From NCBI GenBank assembly GCA_963665125.2, contig CAXXUK010000001.1, positions 1,024,001 through 1,088,000 of the forward strand: a stretch of 64,000 nt of DNA. The letters run 5' to 3'. This DNA is from an uncultured Desulfarculus sp. (GTDB taxonomy: Bacteria; Desulfobacterota; Desulfarculia; Desulfarculales; Desulfarculaceae). This document shows positions 37,877 to 47,735 of this stretch, one piece after another (position 1 is the first letter of the stretch; each line of letters opens with the position of its first letter). The notes beneath the pieces were generated by a model. It saw only the letters and a list, made by a program, of their open reading frames with translations. It did no database searches and had not been told where the DNA came from. A program made the position numbers and the translations under genes.

Positions 37877-39572
37877 TCAAAAACTGCCGCTGTCTGACGC
37901 GCTGTACGCGGGCTTGCTGGTGCTGGTCTGCGCTGCGTTGTTTTTCGGCATGCTCAATATGCGCACCCTGTGGGAGACCGATGAGGCCCGTTACGCCGAG
38001 ATCGCCCGGGAAATGGTCGAGGCGCCGTCCTGGGAATGGTGGGTGGTTCCCCGCCTGAACTACGTAAAATACATGGAAAAACCGCCGCTGTCATACTGGA
38101 CCACAGCGATATTCTTCAAGGTTTTCGGCATAAACGACTACAGCGCCCGTCTGACGCCGGCCGTGTTCGGCACGCTTTCGCTGATGCTTGCGTTTTTGTT
38201 GGGCCGGGCCATGTGGACGGGCAGGGCGGGGTTCTTCACCGGCGTCTGCCTGGCCTGTTCGGTTATGTTCGCCCTGTTGTCGCGGATATTGCTGGTGGAT
38301 ATGGTCCTGTGCTTCGGCATAGTGCTGGCCATATACGGCCTGTGGGCCATAACCCAGGATAAAGGCTGGGGCATTTACGCATTCTGGACCGGTTGCGCCA
38401 TCGGTTTCCTGACCAAGGGCCTCTTGGGGCCCGGACTGGCGGGCATGGCCTCGGTGCTGTATCTGCTGATCAGTGGTCAGTACCGCACGCTGATTCGCCT
38501 TTTCAACTGGCGGGGCATTGTCCTGTTCGCCGTTTTGGTCCTGCCCTGGCTCATTTCCGCCGCGATCCTGGAAGACGGCTTTATCAAGTATTTCTTTTGG
38601 GACGAACAGTTCGGCAGGCTGGCCACCAACGCGCATCAGCGCCATGAACCGTTTTACTATTACTTCGGCATCGTACCCGCCGGATTCGCACCCTGGATAG
38701 TCTTGCTGCCGTGGGCCCTGTGGAAGACCTGGCCCGGCGGCGCGTGGCGTTCGCCGGAAAACCGGCCCTGGCTGCTGAGCGTGGTCTGGTTCGGCTCGTA
38801 TTTCATCTTCCTGACCCTGAGTCAATCCAAGATGCTGCACTATGCCTTGCCCATGATGCCGCCCCTGGCCCTGCTTACGGGCCGGGCCCTGGCAAGCCTG
38901 GGCGAAACAGGCTGGCCCGGCGAATCAGGATCTTTTTTGGCCTACAGCATCGACGTCCTGGCCGTATCTCTTTTGGTGGCCGGGGCGGCCCTGGTGGCGG
39001 CGCCGCAATTCATCCCTGACGTCAGCTACGACCACTTCGGCCTGCTGATCATAGCCGGGCCCGTGGCCCTGGGTTTGGCCGCGCTGTTGTGCCATCTGCT
39101 GCGGCACAGGGCCTGGGTTGCCGTGGCCGCGCCCCTGGCGGTGTTCGCCATGCTGGCCGGCATCTGGACCGCGGCGGCCGGAACCCTGGACCAGTACCGC
39201 TCGATGGAGCCATTGGTCGCGGCCGTTGAAAAAGAACTGAAACCGGATGACATCCTGGCCACCTATGGCGACTATTATCACGGCGCGGTGTTTTACGCCC
39301 AGCGCCGGGTCATGGTCATCGGCAACTGGGGTGAGCTTGAATACGGCAGGGCCAGGGACCCCCAGGCGGACAAGTGGTTTGTCAATGAGAGGCCTGATCC
39401 TGATAATCTGCTAAAGGTGATGTACCGCCCGGAGCGGATTTTTGTTATAACGGAGACGGATAAATTTAAGCGGGTAATGAATTCACCCCAGCGCAAAAAA
39501 AACGGTCCGCCCCTTTATAAATGGGCCCAAGCAGGGGACAAGACATTGTTCTGCAACCGTCCCAAACGCTGA
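37857..39572 (+). CDS. arnT: ArnT-family (GT83) glycosyltransferase, copy 2
   Basis: DEARYAEIAREM, YMEKPPL, FLTKG, HEPFYYY, GELEYG; GTG start with AGGAGG RBS. Confidence 0.9.
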   Translation: MGPKTRDQKLPLSDALYAGLLVLVCAALFFGMLNMRTLWETDEARYAEIAREMVEAPSWEWWVVPRLNYVKYMEKPPLSYWTTAIFFKVFGINDYSARLTPAVFGTLSLMLAFLLGRAMWTGRAGFFTGVCLACSVMFALLSRILLVDMVLCFGIVLAIYGLWAITQDKGWGIYAFWTGCAIGFLTKGLLGPGLAGMASVLYLLISGQYRTLIRLFNWRGIVLFAVLVLPWLISAAILEDGFIKYFFWDEQFGRLATNAHQRHEPFYYYFGIVPAGFAPWIVLLPWALWKTWPGGAWRSPENRPWLLSVVWFGSYFIFLTLSQSKMLHYALPMMPPLALLTGRALASLGETGWPGESGSFLAYSIDVLAVSLLVAGAALVAAPQFIPDVSYDHFGLLIIAGPVALGLAALLCHLLRHRAWVAVAAPLAVFAMLAGIWTAAAGTLDQYRSMEPLVAAVEKELKPDDILATYGDYYHGAVFYAQRRVMVIGNWGELEYGRARDPQADKWFVNERPDPDNLLKVMYRPERIFVITETDKFKRVMNSPQRKKNGPPLYKWAQAGDKTLFCNRPKR

Positions 39573-39661
39573 ACCGGCATGCGGTGTTACGTGATTTTGC
39601 GTAACAGCTCAACCTTTGGTGTCGCAGCTTGCATTGTGGGCATACCAGCTTGGAGTTGTTG

Positions 39662-40606
39662 ATGGAACACGCTTCCGAGGCGTCCAGCCCAAACATATCG
39701 GTGGTTATTCCCGTGTTCAATGAACAGGAGAACCTGGTCGAGCTTCAGGCCCGGCTGGAGCTGACCCTGGATAAGGCGGGCTATGATTGGGAAGTCATAT
39801 ACGTGGACGACGGTTCCAAGGACCAGTCCTGGAACATGCTCTGCTCATTCAGGGAAAACAACTCCAGGGTTCGCCTGGTGCGCTTTAACCGCAACTATGG
39901 CCAGCACATGGCCGTATTCGCCGGATTCGAGCGCGTGCGTGGCGAGATCATCGTCACCCTGGATGCCGACCTGCAAAATCCGCCCGAGGACATCCCCAAG
40001 TTGGTGGATAAAATCAATGACGGCTACGACGTGGTCGGCGGATGGCGCGAACACCGCCAGGATTCATGGCTGCGCAAGTTGCCCTCGCTGATCGTCAACC
40101 GGGTCACCAGCAGGGTGGTGGGCGTGGACCTCAAGGACTACGGCTGCATGCTCAGGGCCTACACCCGCCAGGTAATCGAGGCCATGAACTCCTGCGAGGA
40201 GACCAGCAGCTTTATCCCGGCCCTGGCCAACACCTTTGCCAGCAACGTGGCAGAAATTCCGGTGGGGCATGCCGAACGTTCGGGCGGCCAGTCGAAATAC
40301 AGCGTGGTCAAACTCATTCGTCTGCATTTTGACTTGGCCACGGGCTTTTCCGTGCTGCCGATCCAGTTCGTCAGCGTCATGGGCCTGCTAATCGCTCTGG
40401 TGGGCATGGGTTTCGGCGCGTTTCTGTTGATCCGGCGTATCTTCGTGGGGCCGGAACTGGAAGGCGCCTTCACCCTGTTCGCCATTCTGTTTACCTTTGT
40501 CGGGTTGCAGATCTTCTGCGTGGGGCTCATCGGCGAATACGTGGGCCGCATCTACCGCGAAGTGCGCCACCGGCCCAGGTTCCTGATCCGCGAAACGCGA
40601 GGCTAG
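39662..40606 (+). CDS. arnC: ArnC-like undecaprenyl-phosphate glycosyltransferase (GT2)
   Basis: NRNYGQH, TLDADLQNPPE, DYGCMLRAY, GLIGEYVGRIY. Confidence 0.88.
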   Translation: MEHASEASSPNISVVIPVFNEQENLVELQARLELTLDKAGYDWEVIYVDDGSKDQSWNMLCSFRENNSRVRLVRFNRNYGQHMAVFAGFERVRGEIIVTLDADLQNPPEDIPKLVDKINDGYDVVGGWREHRQDSWLRKLPSLIVNRVTSRVVGVDLKDYGCMLRAYTRQVIEAMNSCEETSSFIPALANTFASNVAEIPVGHAERSGGQSKYSVVKLIRLHFDLATGFSVLPIQFVSVMGLLIALVGMGFGAFLLIRRIFVGPELEGAFTLFAILFTFVGLQIFCVGLIGEYVGRIYREVRHRPRFLIRETRG

Positions 40607-40609
40607 GTT

Positions 40610-41563
40610 TTGCAAGCGGGACAACACGAAAACCCGCCCGGAGAAACCAGTATTGTCCTGAAGGTGGATGTGGACACCAAGGTCGGGCTGATCGACGGCG
40701 TGCCCCGGCTGATGGACATAATGCTGAGGCTGGGGGTGCGGGCTTCCTATTTCATCGCCATGGGGCCGGACAATTCAGGCCGGGCCCTGCGCCGGGTTTT
40801 CCGGCCCGGTTTCCTGGGCAAACAGCTCAAATCCGGGGCCGCCGGGGCCTACGGTCCGGTGACCATGCTCTACGGCTTGGCCCTGCCCGGACCGATCATC
40901 TCCAAGACAGCGCCGGGCCTGTTCAATGAACTGGCAGCCAGTGGCCATGAAGTGGGCCTGCACGGCTGGGATCATGTGTTCTGGCACGACCGGGTGCGCT
41001 ATTTGAAGCGGAACAGGGTGCGCTCCCACCTGGGCCAGGCCTGGCGGCTGTTCCGGGAAATCACCGGCCGCCCTCCGGTGACCTGGGCCTCGCCGGGTTG
41101 GCAGGTGTCCGCCGAGGCCCTGCTGGCCTTCGAGGAAATGGGCCTTACCCATATCTCCTGCGGACGGGGCGTGTCGCCGTTTAGGCCCGTTGTCCGGGGC
41201 CGCGCTCTGCCCATGGTCGAGATCCCCACCACAATGCCCACCTTTGACGAGGTCCTGGGCCGCGACGGGGTCGACGCATCCAACGTGGGGCAATGGATGG
41301 CCGATCAGGTCCTACCGGGCCGCCTCAATGTCTTCACCATGCACGGCGAGGTGGAGGGCAGGGCCCTTGCCCCGGCCTTTGAGCGGATGGTCCGGCTGCT
41401 TATTGATCGCGGCGTGGGTTTCGAGACGCTCTGCGACGCCGCCCTGAAGGCCGCAACCCAGCCGGACCTGCCTTGCGAACGGATTGTCTGGGCCGATGTG
41501 CCCCACCGGGCCTATCAGGTTTCGGCTCAGGAATCGGTCTACCCCGGTGGGGAGCCGGTCTGA
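40610..41563 (+). CDS. arnD: ArnD-like deformylase (polysaccharide deacetylase fold)
   Basis: LKVDVDT, GVPRL, GPDNSGR, HEVGLHGWDH, HGEVEG. Confidence 0.88.
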   Translation: MQAGQHENPPGETSIVLKVDVDTKVGLIDGVPRLMDIMLRLGVRASYFIAMGPDNSGRALRRVFRPGFLGKQLKSGAAGAYGPVTMLYGLALPGPIISKTAPGLFNELAASGHEVGLHGWDHVFWHDRVRYLKRNRVRSHLGQAWRLFREITGRPPVTWASPGWQVSAEALLAFEEMGLTHISCGRGVSPFRPVVRGRALPMVEIPTTMPTFDEVLGRDGVDASNVGQWMADQVLPGRLNVFTMHGEVEGRALAPAFERMVRLLIDRGVGFETLCDAALKAATQPDLPCERIVWADVPHRAYQVSAQESVYPGGEPV

Positions 41564-42855
41564 TGGGCCGGTACTGGTATTATTTCGCCCAGATGCTGGG
41601 CCTGGCCGCGGCCGCGCCTTGGCTGGCCGCCCGCTTTGCCAGGGGCCGCTACCGCAGCATCACCCTGGCTCGGCTGGGCCTGGGTTCATCCTGGCTAAAT
41701 ATTCCGCCACGGCCCGGCGGCATCTGGCTCCATGCCCTGAGCGTGGGTGAGGTGCGCTCGGCATTGCCCTTGGTCCGTCGTCTTGCCCGGAATTTCCCCG
41801 GCAAGCCGCTGATTTTCTCCGTGGCCACGGCCCAAGGCATGGCCATGGCCCAGGAGCAATTGGCCAACGAGCCGGTGACGCTGTTGGTGCGGCCCATCGA
41901 CGTGCCCTGGGCCGTGGACCGGGTGGTTGGTGCCTTGCGGCCGTCGCTGTTTTGCCTGGTGGAGGGCGATATCTGGCCCGCCTGGAACTGGGCCCTGGCC
42001 AAACGCGGCGTTCCCAGTATTTTGATCAACGGCAGGGTCAGTCCTCGCACCTTCAAGGGCTACCGCCGCCTGGGTCCCATGGCCAAGGGCCTGCTCAACG
42101 GCTTTGACCGGATCTTGGTCCAGACGGCCACGGACTTTGAGCGCCTGGACGCCGTGGGCATTGATCCAAGCAAGTTGCAGATCGGCGGCAACCTGAAGTT
42201 CGACAGCGCGCCCGAGCCGCTGAGCCCGGAGCAGGCCTCTGAAATGGGCCGTGAGCTGGGCCTGGATGGCCGAACGGTGTTTGTGGCCGGCTCCACCCAC
42301 GAAGGCGAGGAGGAGCCTTGCCTGGACGCTCTGGCGGCCCTCAAGAGGCATGAACCGAACACGGCGCTGCTGTTGGCCCCCAGGGAAATCCACCGGGGCG
42401 GGGCGGTGGCCGCCCTGGCCCGGCAGCGCGGCTTCAGCGTTGCCCAGGTTTCGGAAGGAACTCCTCCTCCGGGATGCGACGTGGTGGTCCTGGACGTGCT
42501 GGGCCGTTTGGCCCAGGCCTATGCCTTGGGCCGGGCGGCGTTCGTGGGCGGCTCTTTGTGCAATGTGGGCGGCCACAACCTGCTGGAACCCGCCGCCCAT
42601 GGCGTGCCTGTGGTGTTCGGGACCATAATGCATAACTTTAAGGAAATGTCGGAAGACCTTGAAAAAACAGGCGGAGCTGTGCGCATAGAGCGGGGCGGTG
42701 AGCTTGTCGACGTGTGGCAAGGCTTTCTGCAAGATCCGGGCAAGGCCAAAGCCATGGGCCAAAAGGCCCGCGAGTTTTGCCTGTCCCACAGGGGGGCGCT
42801 GGACAAGGTCGTGGCCGAGATCAGCTCGCTGATGGAGAGCCGGGATGCCCGTTAA
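41563..42855 (+). CDS. waaA: Kdo transferase WaaA/KdtA
   Basis: WLHALSVGE, GNLKFD, AGSTHEGEE, GGHNLLEPA. Confidence 0.95.
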   Translation: MGRYWYYFAQMLGLAAAAPWLAARFARGRYRSITLARLGLGSSWLNIPPRPGGIWLHALSVGEVRSALPLVRRLARNFPGKPLIFSVATAQGMAMAQEQLANEPVTLLVRPIDVPWAVDRVVGALRPSLFCLVEGDIWPAWNWALAKRGVPSILINGRVSPRTFKGYRRLGPMAKGLLNGFDRILVQTATDFERLDAVGIDPSKLQIGGNLKFDSAPEPLSPEQASEMGRELGLDGRTVFVAGSTHEGEEEPCLDALAALKRHEPNTALLLAPREIHRGGAVAALARQRGFSVAQVSEGTPPPGCDVVVLDVLGRLAQAYALGRAAFVGGSLCNVGGHNLLEPAAHGVPVVFGTIMHNFKEMSEDLEKTGGAVRIERGGELVDVWQGFLQDPGKAKAMGQKAREFCLSHRGALDKVVAEISSLMESRDAR

Positions 42856-43948
42856 GCAGGGCGGCGGCCTGTTGCGCCTGGTGGCCGGCAATTGGCCCGG
42901 CCCCTGGTGGCTGGGGCCGTTGCGCGCAGTGGCCTGGGGCGGGTCCAAGCTCTACGGCCTGGGGGCCTGGCTCGACCGGGCGTCATACGACCTGCATTGG
43001 CGGCAGCGCGGCAAGCTGGATGCACCGGTGATTTCGGTGGGCAATATAACCATTGGCGGCACGGGCAAGACCCCCCTGACCATGGCCGTGGCCAGGGCCA
43101 TAGCCGAAATGGGCCGCCAACCGGCCGTCATCAGCCGGGGCTACGGTGGCAACAGCGATGCGGATGTGGCCTGGGTCTGGCGCGGCGGCGAACTGGTCGG
43201 CAATGCAAAGCAATGCGGTGACGAGCCCGTACTCATGGCCAAGCGCCTGAAAATACCGGTGGCCGTTGGCCGAGACCGTTGCCAGGTGGGCCGGGTTGTT
43301 CTGTCCCAATACCCGGACGCGGTTTTGGTGGGCGACGACATGTTTCAACACCATCGCCTGCACCGCGACCTGGACATAGTGGCGGTGGACGCCTTGGACC
43401 CACTGGGGGGCGGGGCGATGCTGCCCAGGGGCCTTTTGCGGGAACCTTCCGCACGGTTGCGGCGGGCCGGAGTGATCATCCAGACCAGGGCCGACGACGC
43501 CGAGGCTACGATAAAGTCTCGGCGCTTGCTGCGCGGGATATGTGGGAGCGATATTCCCATCATCGCGGCACGGCATATCATCAGCGGCTTTGAAGGGGCG
43601 GATGGCTCTTTCAGCAGGCCAAGCGCCATGGCCGGGAAAAAGGCCTTCGCTTTTTGCGGGTTGGCCGATCCAGAGCAGTTCGGCCGGGGCCTGGAAAAAT
43701 TGGGCATCGGCCTGGCCGGGCTGGAGCCCTTTGGCGATCATCATTCCTACACAAGGGAAGATCTGGCAATTATTGAGAAAAAGGCTACAATTGCCAATGC
43801 AGACTGCCTGATCTGTTCGGAAAAGGACTGGGTCAAGCTCCAAGGCATGGAATTTGGCAAGCTGCCGCTGTTGGTCGCCCGGCTGGAAATGAAGTTTGAA
43901 GATCAGGGCGAGGCGCTCAGGCAAGCGCTGAGCCGTGTTCTTTTATAA
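42845..43948 (+). CDS. lpxK: Tetraacyldisaccharide 4'-kinase
   Basis: VISVGNITIGGTGKTP, SRGYG, GDEP, FQHHRLHRD, LPRGLLRE. Confidence 0.95.
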   Translation: MPVKQGGGLLRLVAGNWPGPWWLGPLRAVAWGGSKLYGLGAWLDRASYDLHWRQRGKLDAPVISVGNITIGGTGKTPLTMAVARAIAEMGRQPAVISRGYGGNSDADVAWVWRGGELVGNAKQCGDEPVLMAKRLKIPVAVGRDRCQVGRVVLSQYPDAVLVGDDMFQHHRLHRDLDIVAVDALDPLGGGAMLPRGLLREPSARLRRAGVIIQTRADDAEATIKSRRLLRGICGSDIPIIAARHIISGFEGADGSFSRPSAMAGKKAFAFCGLADPEQFGRGLEKLGIGLAGLEPFGDHHSYTREDLAIIEKKATIANADCLICSEKDWVKLQGMEFGKLPLLVARLEMKFEDQGEALRQALSRVLL

Positions 43949-43963
43949 AAGAAAGTTCGCACG

Positions 43964-44863
43964 TTGAACGTTGCTTACCATATTCTGCGTTCGTTTTTAT
44001 GGGTTCTTTCATGGCTTCCCTGGGGGCTGGCCCGTTTTGTGGGCCGCGTACTGGGCCAGCTAGGCCTGGGGCTGGATAAACGGCACAGGGAAATCGTCCT
44101 CAACAACCTGCGTCAGTCATATCCAGACAAGAACGAGGCCTGGATCAGAGACACGGCCCGCCGTTGCTTTGAGCATGTGGGCATAGTCTTCCTTGAGTTG
44201 CCCAAGCTGGTGCGCTACACCCCCAGGCAGATGGCCAAAATCACCCGGATCCACAACAAGCAAAACCTGGACAATCTCGTCGCCCAGGGCCGGGGCGTTA
44301 TCCTGCTCACGGGCCATCTTGGCAACTGGGAATGGGTCAATGCCATGGGTAAGGCCGTTTTCGAGCCCGATGTTTCGGTTGTGGCCCGGCCCATAGACTG
44401 GAAACCGGCCGACGACCTGGTCAATTCCTGGCGCACCAAGGACGGCTCGGAGATCGTACCAAAGGACGGCTCGGCAAGGGCCCTTTTGAAGCGCCTGCGT
44501 TCCGGCGGCGGTATCGCCTTGCTCCTGGACCAGAATGTAGATTGGTACGATGGCCAATGGGTCGAGTTTTTCGGCCGTCCGGCCTGCTCCAACAAGGGCG
44601 CGGCCCTGCTGGCCATGAAGACCAAGGCCCCGGTGGTTGCTATTTGGTGCTTTCGAGGCGATGACGGCAAGTTTGATGTTTATATCGGCGACACCCTGCC
44701 GCTGGTCGAAACCGGCAACAAGCTCCAGGATGTCTGGGACAACACCCAGATATACCAGGCTGAACTGGAACGGATAATCCGCATGAAGCCCGAACAGTGG
44801 TTCTGGATGCATCAGCGCTGGAAGACAAAGCCGTTCCACTATTGGCCCCGGAAAAATAATTGA
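43964..44863 (+). CDS. lpxL: Lipid A late acyltransferase (LpxL/HtrB family)
   Basis: HLGNWE (HX4E), LLDQ, FFG, PEQWFWMHQRWK. Confidence 0.9.
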   Translation: MNVAYHILRSFLWVLSWLPWGLARFVGRVLGQLGLGLDKRHREIVLNNLRQSYPDKNEAWIRDTARRCFEHVGIVFLELPKLVRYTPRQMAKITRIHNKQNLDNLVAQGRGVILLTGHLGNWEWVNAMGKAVFEPDVSVVARPIDWKPADDLVNSWRTKDGSEIVPKDGSARALLKRLRSGGGIALLLDQNVDWYDGQWVEFFGRPACSNKGAALLAMKTKAPVVAIWCFRGDDGKFDVYIGDTLPLVETGNKLQDVWDNTQIYQAELERIIRMKPEQWFWMHQRWKTKPFHYWPRKNN

Positions 44864-45942
44864 TCCGAAGCAGCTCAAATACCAAAGCCAAACGCGTGTT
44901 GATCCGGGCAACCAACTGGGTCGGCGACGCGGTGATGACTTTGCCCGCCGTTGACGCCATGGCCGAGGCCTGGCCCGACGCCGAATTGCATGTATTGGCC
45001 AAGCCCTGGGTGGGCGCGGTGTACCAGGGCCATCCGGCCGTGCGGCGGATCGTGGCGGTGGAGGAACCGGGCCGCCACCAGGGCTGGAAGGGCCGCCTGG
45101 GCCTGGCCGCCGAGTTGCGCGGCGGCGGCTACGACATGGCCGTGCTCTTGCAAAACGCCTTTGGCGCGGCCTTGGTGGCCTGGGCCGCCCGCATCCCCCG
45201 GCGCATCGGCTACAGCCGCGACGGGCGGGGCCTGCTGCTGACCTCGGCCGTGCCCTGCGGCCCGGACGTGCGGGCGGTGCACGAGACATCCTATTATCTG
45301 CATATGCTCAGGGGCGCGGGCCTGACTATGGACCCGCCGCCGGACGAGGGCGTAGCGCCTGTCCTGCGGATAGGCCAGGAAGATCGGGCCTGGGCCGGGG
45401 AGTTCCTGGCCCAAAACAACCTGGACGGTAAAAAGCTGCTGGGAATCGCTCCGGGCGCGGCATTCGGCCCGGCCAAGTGCTGGCCAGCCGAACGATACGC
45501 CCAAACGGCGGATATGCTCTGCGCAGAGGGCTACGAGCATGTTCTTTTGTTCGGCAGCAAGGGCGAGGCCGAGGCCACCAGGGCCGTGTCCCGGGATGCT
45601 ACAGAGGCCCGATGCCTGGATTTGGCCGGAGGCACCGGTCTGGGCCAGGCCCTGGCCCTGCTGGAACGGCTGGATCTGTTCCTGACCAACGACAGCGGCC
45701 TGATGCACGCTGCCGCGGCCCTGGGCGTGCCTACGGTGGCTGTCTTCGGCTCCACCAATCCCACCACCACCGGACCCCTGGGCCCCAGGGTGGCCATAGT
45801 GCGCAAACCCGTTGACTGCGCGCCGTGCAAAAAGCCCCAATGCCCGACAGGCGACATGCGCTGTTTTTCGGTCATATCGCCGGATGATGTATTTGCCGCA
45901 GCCCTTGCGCTGACCGGACGGGGAGGCAAGGCCGATGGCTAG
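44860..45942 (+). CDS. waaF: Heptosyltransferase II (GT9)
   Basis: NWVGDAVM, PGAAFGPAKCWP, NDSGLMH. Confidence 0.92.
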   Translation: MIRSSSNTKAKRVLIRATNWVGDAVMTLPAVDAMAEAWPDAELHVLAKPWVGAVYQGHPAVRRIVAVEEPGRHQGWKGRLGLAAELRGGGYDMAVLLQNAFGAALVAWAARIPRRIGYSRDGRGLLLTSAVPCGPDVRAVHETSYYLHMLRGAGLTMDPPPDEGVAPVLRIGQEDRAWAGEFLAQNNLDGKKLLGIAPGAAFGPAKCWPAERYAQTADMLCAEGYEHVLLFGSKGEAEATRAVSRDATEARCLDLAGGTGLGQALALLERLDLFLTNDSGLMHAAAALGVPTVAVFGSTNPTTTGPLGPRVAIVRKPVDCAPCKKPQCPTGDMRCFSVISPDDVFAAALALTGRGGKADG

Positions 45943-46507
45943 ACGCAAGGCCGTATTCCTGGACCGGGACGGGACCATGGTCCGCGAGGTCAACTACCTC
46001 AGCCGTCCCGAAGACGCCGAGCTGTTGCCCGGCGCGGGCCGAGCCATAGCCGGGCTGCGCAAGGCCGGATTCGCCGTGGTGGTGATAAGCAATCAGTCCG
46101 GCATTGCCAGGGGCTATTTCACCCACGACGACCTGCAAGCGGTGCAGGACGAGATAACTCGGCAACTTGCCGAACACGGCGCTGAAATCGACGGCTGGTA
46201 CAACTGCGTGCATCATCCCCATGGCGAGGTCGAGGAATTCCGGATGGTCTGCGGTTGCCGCAAGCCCGAGCCGGGTTTGGTCTATCAGGCCGCGGACGAG
46301 ATGGATCTGGAGCTGGACGGCTCGTATATGGCCGGTGACAGGCACCGGGACGTGGCCTGCGGCAATGCAGCCGGGCTTATCAGCATCCTGGTGCGTTCGG
46401 GCCAGGATGACGGCGAGCCCACCGAAGACATCCAGCGGCCCGATTACGTGGCCGATGATCTGGCCCAGGCCGCCCAATGGATTTTGGCCAGGCTGGGACG
46501 GAACTGA
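45935..46507 (+). CDS. gmhB: Heptose 1,7-bisphosphate phosphatase
   Basis: FLDRDGT, SNQSGIARG, CVHHP...CGCRKP. Confidence 0.93.
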   Translation: MARRKAVFLDRDGTMVREVNYLSRPEDAELLPGAGRAIAGLRKAGFAVVVISNQSGIARGYFTHDDLQAVQDEITRQLAEHGAEIDGWYNCVHHPHGEVEEFRMVCGCRKPEPGLVYQAADEMDLELDGSYMAGDRHRDVACGNAAGLISILVRSGQDDGEPTEDIQRPDYVADDLAQAAQWILARLGRN

Positions 46508-47571
46508 TGAAGATACTTCTGGTCAAGCTGTCTGCGTTCGGCGACGTGGTGCAGACCCTGCCCGTAGCCATGGCCATCCGCAACCAGATGCCAGCCGTTC
46601 GCCTTGACTGGCTTGTGGAGCCTGCCGCATCGGCCATCCTCCAGGGCCACCCGGCTTTGGATAATGTCTTGATAAGCCCCAGGGGCCGCCTCAAGGGCTC
46701 GGCGATGGGAAAAATGGGCCAGATGTGGGGCTTCCGCGACAAGCTCCAGAGCACCCGCTACGACGCGGTGCTCGACTTGCAAGGCCTTATTAAAAGTGGT
46801 ATTTTGGTCTCTCTCAGCAGGGGGAGCCGCAAGATCGGATTCAGCGGCGGCAAGGAGCCTGCGGCCGCCCTGGCCCTGAACGAAAAAATGCCGCCGTACG
46901 ATCCCGACCGTCACGCCCTTCAACGATATCTCGACCTGCTGGAGCCCCTGGGCCTGCAACGCCCGGCTGTCATCGAATACGGCCTTGAGCCAACCGCAGC
47001 CGAGGATATGCAGGTTGACGGCTTGCTGCAAGGCCTGGATCACGGCAGGCCCCTGGTTGTGATGCATCCGGTGGCCCTGTGGGACAGCAAGCTCTGGCCA
47101 ATGGCTCACTGGGCCGCCCTGGCTGGGATGCTGGCCGGGCAGGGATGCAACATGGTTGTCACCGGCACGGCGGCAGACAGGCCCTGGGCCGAGGCCATGG
47201 TCAAGGGCTGCGAAGCGGCCGGTGTGCCCCGCGACCTGACCGGCAAGACCGACATGCGCGTCCTTGCCGCGCTGATGAAACGGGCCGACGCGGTGGTAAG
47301 CACCGATACGGGGGCCATGCATCTGGCGGCGGCCATGAACACGCCCGTGGTGGCCCTGTTCGGGCCCACGGCCCCCTGGCGCACGGGGCCTTTCGGGCAG
47401 GTGCAAAACGTGATCCGTCTGGGCCTGGATTGCAGCCCGTGCTTCAAGCGCACCTGCGAAGATTGCCGCTGCATGAGCGGCATTACGCCAGAGAGCGTGG
47501 CTTCGGCAGTGGCTGAAAAGCTTGCGCATAAACAAATCGCTGTCAAAGGAAACAAAGATGGCTCTGAATAA
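46507..47571 (+). CDS. waaC: Heptosyltransferase I-like (GT9)
   Basis: KILLVKLSAFGDVV, DLQGLIKS, DTGAMH, ALFGPT. Confidence 0.85.
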   Translation: MKILLVKLSAFGDVVQTLPVAMAIRNQMPAVRLDWLVEPAASAILQGHPALDNVLISPRGRLKGSAMGKMGQMWGFRDKLQSTRYDAVLDLQGLIKSGILVSLSRGSRKIGFSGGKEPAAALALNEKMPPYDPDRHALQRYLDLLEPLGLQRPAVIEYGLEPTAAEDMQVDGLLQGLDHGRPLVVMHPVALWDSKLWPMAHWAALAGMLAGQGCNMVVTGTAADRPWAEAMVKGCEAAGVPRDLTGKTDMRVLAALMKRADAVVSTDTGAMHLAAAMNTPVVALFGPTAPWRTGPFGQVQNVIRLGLDCSPCFKRTCEDCRCMSGITPESVASAVAEKLAHKQIAVKGNKDGSE

Positions 47572-47731
47572 GGAACTGTTGGAAATCCTGGTGTGTCCCC
47601 AGTGCAAACAGCCGGTGGAGCCCACCGAAGACTGGGCCTGGCTGGATTGCAGGCAATGCAAATTGCGCTACGAAGTAAGAAACGACGTGCCCATCATGCT
47701 GGTGGACCAGGCCCGGCCTCTGGAAGACTAG
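47558..47731 (+). CDS. Trm112/YcaR-family small protein
   Basis: LLEILVCPQCK...CRQC...VPIMLVDQA. Confidence 0.9.
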   Translation: MALNKELLEILVCPQCKQPVEPTEDWAWLDCRQCKLRYEVRNDVPIMLVDQARPLED

Positions 47732-47735
47732 TGAA

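Noticed and set aside
39616..39633. Sigma54-like site before arnC
   Set aside because: Spacing is GG-N11-GC.
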